Below are positions 36,285 through 43,086 of a stretch of DNA of 43,086 nucleotides, piece by piece. This stretch comes from a virus. Taxonomy: Duplodnaviria; Caudoviricetes. Location of the stretch: IMG/VR virus record IMGVR_UViG_3300019872_000005, positions 1-43,086 of that record; one strand, written 5' to 3'. Each line of letters begins with the position of its first letter. The first letter of the stretch is position 1. Below the pieces are notes generated by a model. The model did no database searches and was not told the DNA's origin. It worked only from the letters and a program-made list of their open reading frames with translations. Made by a program: the position numbers and the translations under genes.

Positions 36285-36881
36285 ATGTCTGCAGAATACA
36301 GAATTGAAGTAAAAGTTAAAAACAATAATATTTTAAAACTTATAGAAAAACGGGGGTACTCTACTGTAGGCGAATTCTGTAGGCTAAACCCTACATTATC
36401 GAAAGACGTTAGTACGATAGGCGAATTAGTTAATTTGAAGCTGTCTCCCCTTTCGTCTAACAGTGAGTATAGACCCGTAGTTTATAGGCTCTGTGACGCC
36501 TTAGAATGTATGCCTGAAGATTTATTTACTGAAACACAAATGACGACCGCACTGGAAACGAATAAGCGAATATTGCAAGTAAACGAAGCCGAAATGAAAT
36601 TTACTTTAGAGAACATGAATAACCAGAAATCCTTAGAACAAATTTTAGACGAAGGAGACCTCGGAAAAAAAGTTGTTGAAGTACTGGAAACTTTAACCCC
36701 CCGGGAAGAAAAGATAATTGGTATGCGTTTCGGCATAAACGGTTACTCCGAAACTCCGATGGATGAAATAGCCAAATATTTCGATGTATCTCGTAATCGT
36801 ATTAAGCAAATACAGCAAACGGCTTTAAGAAAATTAAGGCACCTTAGCCGCGCGGATGGATTAAAAGAATATATTACATAA
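36285..36881 (+). CDS. XRE-like HTH fused to a sigma70 region-4 domain
   Basis: [18 protein letters not shown]...[26 protein letters not shown] closely follows RpoD region 4; N-terminal [17 protein letters not shown]-like segment; no region 2. Confidence 0.85.
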   Translation: MSAEYRIEVKVKNNNILKLIEKRGYSTVGEFCRLNPTLSKDVSTIGELVNLKLSPLSSNSEYRPVVYRLCDALECMPEDLFTETQMTTALETNKRILQVNEAEMKFTLENMNNQKSLEQILDEGDLGKKVVEVLETLTPREEKIIGMRFGINGYSETPMDEIAKYFDVSRNRIKQIQQTALRKLRHLSRADGLKEYIT

Positions 36882-36893
36882 TAAGGATATTTT

Positions 36894-37094
36894 ATGACAA
36901 CAGCAAAAGAGAATGAATCGGTTTATGAGGTAAAATTTCAAATTAAAACATCTACGTTTATTGGGAAAATGGGGGTGTTTAACGCAAAAGAAGCGGTAAT
37001 CGATCAATACAACCCAACGCGAGCTTATAAAACAAAAAACGAAGCGATAGACGCTACGATTAAACATTTGGAGGGGCTGAAAGATGACGTTTGA
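36894..37094 (+). CDS. Hypothetical protein
   Basis: AAGGA RBS; YKTKNEAIDA motif. Confidence 0.6.
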   Translation: MTTAKENESVYEVKFQIKTSTFIGKMGVFNAKEAVIDQYNPTRAYKTKNEAIDATIKHLEGLKDDV

Positions 37095-37266
37095 ATGGGA
37101 AGAAGTAAAAGACGAATCAACACCCCATTTCACAACCCATCGTGCGAAAGTGTTCGGGGGTTGGCTGGTACGAACCGATGAATTTTGGCGTGATGATTTG
37201 TTCGGATGCCAGAGCGAAAGTACTTGTTTCGTTCCCGATCCCGAGCATAAATGGGAGATAGAATAA
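37084..37266 (+). CDS. Small Trp-rich phage protein
   Basis: THRAKVFGGWLV...FVPDPEHKW; GGAGG RBS. Confidence 0.7.
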   Translation: MTFEWEEVKDESTPHFTTHRAKVFGGWLVRTDEFWRDDLFGCQSESTCFVPDPEHKWEIE

Positions 37267-37487
37267 TGAACCTGGATAAAGATATTTATGCGGTCATAAC
37301 GTATCACATATCAAAGGGGGCTTCGGTAACTCAAGTGCTCGCAGTTTTAGGCAATCACCTCGCAAGTGTGGTCCAATGCGTAAGCGGATCGCCGGAGCTA
37401 AAGATATCAATAGCGAAAGAAATAATGTCGTGTGTGGTAGACCAAGTCACAAATGACCCTAACCCCATGGCGAGGAAATTAAATTGA
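37266..37487 (+). CDS. Hypothetical helical protein (possible paralog of 37726..37917)
   Basis: TAATG coupling. Confidence 0.55.
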   Translation: MNLDKDIYAVITYHISKGASVTQVLAVLGNHLASVVQCVSGSPELKISIAKEIMSCVVDQVTNDPNPMARKLN

Positions 37488-37729
37488 GTATCGCAAGAGA
37501 TAAAATGCTGGAATTCAAAGAACTCCCCTCCGATTTAACGGGGGCTATATACCTCGCTATATGTGACCAAGAGTTTAGAGAGGAGTACCACGATAACAAA
37601 GGCAATTTATTGAATTTGGTAGTGTATTACCCAGATAATTCCTATTTAAAAATCCATATAGACGGTACGATTAAGGCTTTTTCTAAAGATTATAAATTGA
37701 TTAAACGAATGAGGATAAAACCAGAATGA
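37484..37729 (+). CDS. Hypothetical protein
   Basis: TTGA overlap, GAGG RBS. Confidence 0.55.
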   Translation: MSIARDKMLEFKELPSDLTGAIYLAICDQEFREEYHDNKGNLLNLVVYYPDNSYLKIHIDGTIKAFSKDYKLIKRMRIKPE

Positions 37730-37917
37730 AAAAAGTGTTTAACGAAGTGAGAACCGCTACCAGTTCCGCGATCAAACGGGGCGAAACCCCGGGGGATATA
37801 ATAACAGCGTTAACAAGCTGTGTAATAGGTGTGATTAACTGTTTAAAAGTTACGCCCGATATAAAGGCCAAGCTGGGTAAGTCTGCGGCAGATATGATAA
37901 CAGGAGAGGTTAAGTAA
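37726..37917 (+). CDS. Hypothetical helical protein
   Basis: ATGA overlap, GAGG RBS. Confidence 0.55.
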   Translation: MKKVFNEVRTATSSAIKRGETPGDIITALTSCVIGVINCLKVTPDIKAKLGKSAADMITGEVK

Positions 37918-38183
37918 TGGCAACGTTTAAAATGACGGAAACGACATTCATAGAATTACCGAAAATTTGTATGGAACCGTTAACAATCACAATTCCCGCT
38001 AACAGCAAAGAGCATATTATCAAAGTCCCGTGTTATGTAGCCCTAGGGAATACCGCTTTAACCGATGAAAACGAAGAGTTATTGCAGATCATAAAAGCGC
38101 AAACGGGCAAAAAATCTAACGAGATAATAGGAGAGGCCTTAGGGTTTCTACATTTATCTAATTGTATTATGGAGGCAGAATGA
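37917..38183 (+). CDS. Hypothetical protein (possible ribbon-helix-helix-like C-terminus)
   Basis: TAATG coupling; ALTDENEELL..IKAQTGKKSNEIIGEAL. Confidence 0.5.
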   Translation: MATFKMTETTFIELPKICMEPLTITIPANSKEHIIKVPCYVALGNTALTDENEELLQIIKAQTGKKSNEIIGEALGFLHLSNCIMEAE

Positions 38184-38464
38184 CATTATCCGCCAAGAAC
38201 GAAAAAGCCTTGCAAGATGTTATTAAATCGATAATAGATAAAAACAAGGACTTTGATACATTGCCCCTAGATGAATTTCTAGCCCGACGTATAGCCGCTA
38301 CTGAAAGGTTTATTGAAAACTTTTCTCCACCCTATCCCGTGCTTATACAGCAAAGCCCCCGGTATGCTCAGTTTAAAGCCGACCATGAGGAAAAAGTTAT
38401 AAAGGGTCACGGCATGATATCCGCATACAAAGACGTCTTAGAAAGATTAAATAGTAATAAATAA
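38180..38464 (+). CDS. Hypothetical protein
   Basis: GGAGG RBS; ATGA overlap (MTLSAK start). Confidence 0.6.
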   Translation: MTLSAKNEKALQDVIKSIIDKNKDFDTLPLDEFLARRIAATERFIENFSPPYPVLIQQSPRYAQFKADHEEKVIKGHGMISAYKDVLERLNSNK

Positions 38465-38522
38465 TTGTTGACACTACCGTCAACAAGTAATATACTCTCT
38501 TTATCAAATAACGAAAGAGAGG
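38465..38522 (+). promoter_or_regulatory. Early promoter cassette: TTGACA-17-TATACT, operator palindrome, RBS hairpin
   Basis: TTGTTGAC-ACTACC-GTCAACAA; CTCTCTTT...AAAGAGAG stem. Confidence 0.8.
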
Positions 38523-38529
38523 AAACATC

Positions 38530-38883
38530 AGGCCGTACCTAGCCACCGAGACAGTTAAAATGATTCGTACACGTTTAAAGAAAGAGTTTGCCGGAGTTAA
38601 GCTATCGGTAACGGGTCAACACTATTCCACGCTTGTTGTGTCTGTAATGGAAAGCGACATTGATTTTAAAGTCGGCGACCATGCACAATTGAATGAGTTC
38701 TACATAGAAAAACATTTTGAAGATAATCAAAGAGCACAAGAGTTTCTATTAAAAATAATGGAAATTATTCAAACATCACACGAGCAAAAAGAAATAACCT
38801 ACGATTATGATTATGGTTCGGTTCCTAACTACTACATAAATTTAAACATCGGCAAATGGGATAAACCCTACGTTTTAAGATAA
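38530..38883 (+). CDS. LPD29-like early protein; expected start codon reads AGG
   Basis: (M)PYLATETVKMIRTRLKKEFAGVKLSV...DYGSVPNYYINLNIGKWDKPY. The RBS is positioned for codon 38530 (AGG); first ATG is at 38560. Confidence 0.6.
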   Translation, partial: RPYLATETVKMIRTRLKKEFAGVKLSVTGQHYSTLVVSVMESDIDFKVGDHAQLNEFYIEKHFEDNQRAQEFLLKIMEIIQTSHEQKEITYDYDYGSVPNYYINLNIGKWDKPYVLR

Positions 38884-38898
38884 GGGAGTACTACGATA

Positions 38899-38979
38899 AT
38901 GAAAGACTCACTATATCAATGCCCCGCTTGCGGTAGACGATGGCGGGGGTACTACAAACATAAATGCGGGAAGAAATAA
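38899..38979 (+). CDS. 26-aa Cys/His micro-protein
   Basis: MKDSLYQCPACGRRWRGYYKHKCGKK; GGGAG RBS. Confidence 0.45.
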   Translation: MKDSLYQCPACGRRWRGYYKHKCGKK

Positions 38980-38981
38980 AA

Positions 38982-39239
38982 ATGCCTAATTTAACGCAAT
39001 ACCGAATTGTTAAAGCGCAAGTAGAATCTTTTAAAAAACTGGGGTTTGAAATAGAGTTCGGCGTTCAGTGTTTCTATGACCATTTCGCCCCTAAAATTCG
39101 AATGGTAACAAGCACAAAAGAGTATTGGTTTTCCGATCCCGACTGGGATACCGTATCGCTACAGTTAGCTAAATTTTATGGAGTAATTAAAAATGGAAGA
39201 AGTAATCAATATGCTACGAATGGCAATACGGGCTTTTGA
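38982..39239 (+). CDS. Hypothetical protein
   Basis: MPNLTQY start; operon position. Confidence 0.55.
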   Translation: MPNLTQYRIVKAQVESFKKLGFEIEFGVQCFYDHFAPKIRMVTSTKEYWFSDPDWDTVSLQLAKFYGVIKNGRSNQYATNGNTGF

Positions 39240-39354
39240 AAACGACCCCCTAACGGAATTTCAAAAAAGCGGGCTTGAAAGAGTAAAAGAATCTTTGAGG
39301 ATACTAATCGAACCGAGTTTACCACCTGCTTGCGACACCTGCGATAAACCCTAA
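39193..39354 (+). CDS. Small hypothetical protein (53 aa)
   Basis: GGAG RBS; its stop overlaps the convergent gene stop. Confidence 0.5.
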   Translation: MEEVINMLRMAIRAFENDPLTEFQKSGLERVKESLRILIEPSLPPACDTCDKP

Positions 39355-39524
39355 GTTTCGTCTATACTACTATCTCCGTCCTCTATTGAGTTGAAGCCGA
39401 TAGTAGTACCAAATTGTTGCTCGATATCAGAAACATACGTTTCCAAATAATTTATTTTTGTGAGTATTGTTATCTGCATTAAAATAACCAGCAACCACAT
39501 TAAGATGGTACAAACGTCTTTCAT
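39351..39524 (-). CDS. Small single-pass membrane protein (57 aa), lysis accessory candidate
   Basis: MKDVCTILMWLLVILMQITILTKINYLETYVSDIEQQ...; GGAGGAG RBS; not in the ORF track. Confidence 0.6.
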   Translation of the reverse strand: MKDVCTILMWLLVILMQITILTKINYLETYVSDIEQQFGTTIGFNSIEDGDSSIDET

Positions 39525-39655
39525 TTTCTACGACTCCTCCAGATCAAAAACGATATTAAAACACCTATTCCTAACAGCTCTAGCCCCGTATTCCCGGGGA
39601 TTGCCAAGCTTTTTATCAAGTCAAGTAAAAGTCCAGAGCTAAGTTCCTCAAACAT
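39521..39655 (-). CDS. Small membrane protein (44 aa), holin candidate
   Basis: MFEELSSGLLLDLIKSLAIPGNTGLELLGIGVLISFLIWRSRRK; GGAGG RBS; TM followed by a basic tail; downstream of the endolysin. Confidence 0.6.
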   Translation of the reverse strand: MFEELSSGLLLDLIKSLAIPGNTGLELLGIGVLISFLIWRSRRK

Positions 39656-39686
39656 GATGACCTCCAGTCTCAGTTTCAGTATAGCC

Positions 39687-39715
39687 TAAAAATAAGAGAG
39701 CGACCGGAGTCGCTC
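39687..39715 (-). terminator. Intrinsic terminator-like hairpin after the endolysin
   Basis: GAGCGAC-TCCG-GTCGCTC followed by TCTTATTTTT on the minus strand. Confidence 0.6.
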
Positions 39716-39751
39716 AATACGCACTAATGGAGAAGCCGCATCCCTAGTATT

Positions 39752-40237
39752 TCACATAAGCGCACGTTTAATCCAGCCTTTAAAATATTTTTGTTGTGAA
39801 GGTTTTTTTAATACGATGTTTAAGTAATATCGGCAGGTTCCGACCCGAAACGCATCCTGTAAACGAGGGGGTCGGATACTATTCACTGCTTGCCGAGTTA
39901 TGGGCCCCAGTATTCCGTCCGTCTTGATCCCTGCTACAATAGGCACAAAAGTATTAATGCTCTCTTGTAACAATCTAACCGCGGTTTCTTGGCCGGAATG
40001 TACCGAAAATCTAAACACCAAGTTCGCCGTGGTTTGATCCTGAACCAGATTTAAGTTAAGAGGGTTCCAAAAATCCCGGGTGTAAATTTCGATGGCTCTT
40101 TCCACGGTGAGATTTTTGATATCTTCCTTCGGATATGAGCGTTTCGAGATCCCATATTTCGTTTCCCCCCCAGCGTCTACGGGGTCATTAACATACCCGC
40201 CTTCTATCTCAATAATTTCTTTATCAAAAACAGCCAT
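39752..40237 (-). CDS. Endolysin, glycoside hydrolase family 108 with peptidoglycan-binding C-terminus
   Basis: EGGYVNDPVDAGGETKYGIS catalytic motif; DGILGPIT; FKGWIKR. Confidence 0.93.
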   Translation of the reverse strand: MAVFDKEIIEIEGGYVNDPVDAGGETKYGISKRSYPKEDIKNLTVERAIEIYTRDFWNPLNLNLVQDQTTANLVFRFSVHSGQETAVRLLQESINTFVPIVAGIKTDGILGPITRQAVNSIRPPRLQDAFRVGTCRYYLNIVLKKPSQQKYFKGWIKRALM

Positions 40238-40252
40238 GACCGACCCCTCCCG

Positions 40253-41377
40253 CTAATATTTAATGTAACGAAATACGACAGTTGATTGCTGTATAATATT
40301 CATCGCAGTTTGATCTGAATTCGTATCCCCTGTTTGCGCTCGCCCATTAATGGGAGTAGTAGTAAGGTTCGGCGTAAGGTTTCGAGTACTACCGCTTAAA
40401 TTTCCTCCCAAAGCGGTACCCGGAGACGGAAGCGCGTAATTGTGAGTGTGATTGAATATGTCAGTCAAGGCCATAGTATACGTATCGCTACCTCCGCGAT
40501 TACCCAATTTATTACCGAGTACCGTATTCCCCGACCCGCCAGAAGCGACATTTACTGTACGTAAACAATCGGGTACGTTAAATGTAGAGCTGCCATTGCC
40601 CTGCCCGTAAGGGAGGAATCGAAGCGTAAATGTTCCTGATGACGATGCCGCCGCACTTAACGTAATAGTCGTAGCCCCGACAGCGGTTATATACGTACCG
40701 TTTGAAATATTACTGCCCTCGACATAACACGCCTGAGAATTCCCAGCAATTAGAGCCGATACTAAGGCGATGACATTGGGAGGAACATCAACCGAGGTAC
40801 TACTATGTGTAGTACAAGATGCGGTGAAAGTTATGGCCGTAAACAATTGCGCGTAAGTAGAGCGCGAATATGCGGTACCGTCACACAACAACGCCCCGAT
40901 ATACCCGTTAGGACTCGCTGAATCAATATAAGTACCCGCAGCTATCCCTCGAGCACCAGACACAGGTACCCAGTTATCGTCATCGCCCGGTATTGAGGTA
41001 TTCCCCGCTACTTGACTCTCCCAAATCTGGAACCCATAAGGAGCACCTGCGGTGTAAGCTACTCGCGCGTATAGGGGGTAACTCACGGGGCCTCCGACTG
41101 GGGGAGAACCAGAAGCGGGGGCAACCCAAAGCGGAGCACCTGCAAGTTGTATTTGCTGAATCGCGCTAGTTATGTCTAGCATGAGTTGATTGAATTGCGG
41201 ACGCGGAACGGGAAAGGAAGAAGGGATAGTGCTCAAATCCTCTTCGTAATTCGGTGTGAACCCGTATTGATAGCTTAGCGGGCCTGTTGTCCCCCCGGTA
41301 TTATCTATCGCAACAACATCAGACGGCCCGGCATCAATGGAATACGGATATAAAAAATAGGGATTAGCAACGGTCAT
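40253..41377 (-). CDS. Tail fibre protein with a collar domain split by an inserted beta-domain
   Basis: SYQYGF..NYE N-terminus; LLCDG.AYSR..YAQLF.AI ... G.G.STFNVPD collar; HTH metal motif; IIQQS..VFRYIKY end. Confidence 0.85.
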   Translation of the reverse strand: MTVANPYFLYPYSIDAGPSDVVAIDNTGGTTGPLSYQYGFTPNYEEDLSTIPSSFPVPRPQFNQLMLDITSAIQQIQLAGAPLWVAPASGSPPVGGPVSYPLYARVAYTAGAPYGFQIWESQVAGNTSIPGDDDNWVPVSGARGIAAGTYIDSASPNGYIGALLCDGTAYSRSTYAQLFTAITFTASCTTHSSTSVDVPPNVIALVSALIAGNSQACYVEGSNISNGTYITAVGATTITLSAAASSSGTFTLRFLPYGQGNGSSTFNVPDCLRTVNVASGGSGNTVLGNKLGNRGGSDTYTMALTDIFNHTHNYALPSPGTALGGNLSGSTRNLTPNLTTTPINGRAQTGDTNSDQTAMNIIQQSTVVFRYIKY

Positions 41378-41389
41378 TGTAAAAACTCC

Positions 41390-42046
41390 TTAAACTATAG
41401 CAACGCCAGCGGGTCGCGGGAGTACGCCCAAATCATTAATAACGGTAAACAGGGCCGTGGGGAAATCCGTGGTTGTAAAAACATAACTGATCGTCATGTC
41501 GAGATTATCTTCAACATAAATCGTGCCCGTATAATTTATAACATTGTCACTACACAAATGATTTAAAAACTGATTTATGTCGTTCACATCGCCCAAGTTG
41601 CACAATTGAAAATATCTCAATCTTAATAAAAATTGTTGTTCTTGCACCGTGAGTGCCGAAAATTGACCTTTAGTCGAAAAGTTACCGCTCCCGGGGTTAG
41701 CTATAATTGTCGTACCAAAATTTTTATAGTCGTTTATTAAATCGGGGTACGTAGGGTCGAATGCGTTAAACCCCCAAATAGGTTTAGCGGGGGCTTCTTC
41801 CCCTATCGGTATGTAAACAGGTATATTTAAAATAATCGACCAGACGACCATGCCGAACACAGTAGGATTTTCGGTACATAAATTAAATACCGTGTCGTAC
41901 CACAACAGCCAAAACAATTGCTGATTATTGAATAACCAACTCTGTTTGTTATTGATTAGTTGCCTCAAGTTTGTGGAGTTTTGATATTGCCACAAAACCG
42001 CTTGTTCAACGTCTATCGCAAAAAAATCAAAATCCTGAATTCTCAT
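41390..42046 (-). CDS. Baseplate protein (DUF2612 family)
   Basis: VLWQY...W...VFNL...G..VWSIIL...LPRPAGV. Confidence 0.8.
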   Translation of the reverse strand: MRIQDFDFFAIDVEQAVLWQYQNSTNLRQLINNKQSWLFNNQQLFWLLWYDTVFNLCTENPTVFGMVVWSIILNIPVYIPIGEEAPAKPIWGFNAFDPTYPDLINDYKNFGTTIIANPGSGNFSTKGQFSALTVQEQQFLLRLRYFQLCNLGDVNDINQFLNHLCSDNVINYTGTIYVEDNLDMTISYVFTTTDFPTALFTVINDLGVLPRPAGVAIV

Positions 42047-43086
42047 GATAATATATTCACTGTGATATTAAACGCCTCTATCGTTGCAATTTCATAAACA
42101 GCAATTGGAATTTCAGCCGAGCTGCTCGGTACCGTAGGAGCGGTGGCGATCAATACGCTCTGCACGTAAATATTCGGATTTAATCTTGTGATTGCTCCCG
42201 CGAGTTCAAACGATGAAACATTCTGGCCAACTATAAGCCCCGCAACCCCCGGCACTAAACCGTTTACATAATCAAGAATCGCATTAGTGACTACCTGCAC
42301 CACATTTTGCACCGCGTTTACAAAACTTACATTCACAATTACATTAACTGGGATCGCCGCGGGGGTGTCAAATAAAACGGTCATTACCTGATTGCTGTAG
42401 GGTACGATTACCTGTGCGCTAATGTTATTTCCGGGGCCGTTGTTGTATGCCGCGCCTGCGCTTTTTTTAGAAACTAAAGCTTCGGCAACGGTCGAAACTG
42501 TTCCGGTTCCGGTTGCATCGTTTGCGTTTGTGACACTATCCCACCCGACCACGGGTGTAACAATTGTGTTAAGAGAACCAGCGGGGCATGAAATCGCACC
42601 GGCTAAAACACTTTGAAACGTCGTCTGTATCGAGCCGCCCGCCGGTATCGTAACTGATGCCAGCGTCTCGAAAACGAACCCGTCGCTTGAGGCTTGAGAG
42701 CCGGCAGGAACAACAGTAGTCGGTGTACCCGTAATCGTACCGATAACTACGGTTTGAACATTAGTTGTATCAAAAGCATTCGTGACAGAAGCCAGCCCCG
42801 CAACCGGCGTTTCTATCGTGGTCAACGTAGCCGCGGGGCATACAATTGACCCAGTACTGACCGATTGAAATAAAACATCAATTACGCCGGATGCGGGAAT
42901 AACTACGGTATTTACCGTTGCGAAGATATTACCATTACTAGAAACCTCCGTACCTGCCGGAACAGACGTAGCGGGGGTTCCGGTAAGCGTTCCGATAACG
43001 GTTGAATAGGTACCGGTGCCGGTGGAATCGCAGTCCACACAGGCGTAAATTGAGTTTCTAACCATAGAAACGCCGCTCACGGTCTG
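42043..43086 (-). CDS. Baseplate J-like protein, C-terminal part
   Basis: Continuation of 1..714; SIYACVD, KKSAGAAYN, VGQNVSSFEL motifs; two extra barrel repeats. Confidence 0.88.
   Translation of the reverse strand, partial: QTVSGVSMVRNSIYACVDCDSTGTGTYSTVIGTLTGTPATSVPAGTEVSSNGNIFATVNTVVIPASGVIDVLFQSVSTGSIVCPAATLTTIETPVAGLASVTNAFDTTNVQTVVIGTITGTPTTVVPAGSQASSDGFVFETLASVTIPAGGSIQTTFQSVLAGAISCPAGSLNTIVTPVVGWDSVTNANDATGTGTVSTVAEALVSKKSAGAAYNNGPGNNISAQVIVPYSNQVMTVLFDTPAAIPVNVIVNVSFVNAVQNVVQVVTNAILDYVNGLVPGVAGLIVGQNVSSFELAGAITRLNPNIYVQSVLIATAPTVPSSSAEIPIAVYEIATIEAFNITVNILS

Noticed and set aside
39460-39642. Plus-strand 60-aa ORF
   Set aside because: Antisense to two minus-strand ORFs that have strong RBSs and coupled start/stop.
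40253-41377. Diversity-generating retroelement or invertible fibre cassette
   Set aside because: No reverse transcriptase, invertase, or template/variable repeat pair seen.
1-43086. Alternative genetic code, introns or inteins
   Set aside because: Core genes are full length in the standard code; no intein motifs or interrupted terminase, polymerase or capsid genes were seen.

Overview
Apparently complete, circularly permuted genome (~43,077 bp unique) of a contractile-tailed dsDNA phage. The first and last 9 nt (CACGGTCTG) are identical, and the baseplate J gene reads in frame across the join. The minus strand carries the morphogenesis genes: ParB-N and Mom-like DNA modification genes, TerS, TerL, DUF1073 portal, DUF2213 protease, DUF2184 capsid, DUF3383 sheath, tube, frameshifted chaperone, short tape measure, baseplate, fibre, GH108 endolysin and small membrane proteins. 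It also carries the primase-helicase, TetR-like regulator, VRR-NUC and SF2 helicase. The plus strand carries the DUF2800 nuclease, DUF2815 SSB, family A polymerase, a PNK-type phosphatase, a sigma70 region-4 protein and many small early genes. I found no integrase or CI-type repressor. The most notable observation is a 69-nt tRNA(Gly)-like RNA inside the 3' end of the mom-like gene. It has a perfect 7-bp acceptor stem, U73, encoded CCA and a C35/C36 anticodon, but no D-arm, which suggests a self-supplied glycyl donor for DNA hypermodification. Other signals: a perfect chromosomal parS next to the head-gene promoter; a DnaA-box cluster; five promoters sharing a TTGAC-N6-GTCAA operator; RBS-occluding hairpins that overlap transcription starts; an iteron/inverted-repeat origin candidate; a c4-like antisense RNA cassette; a Tad2-like gene; and one small beta-domain inserted five times into three virion proteins. 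All family assignments come from motif recognition by eye, not database searches.
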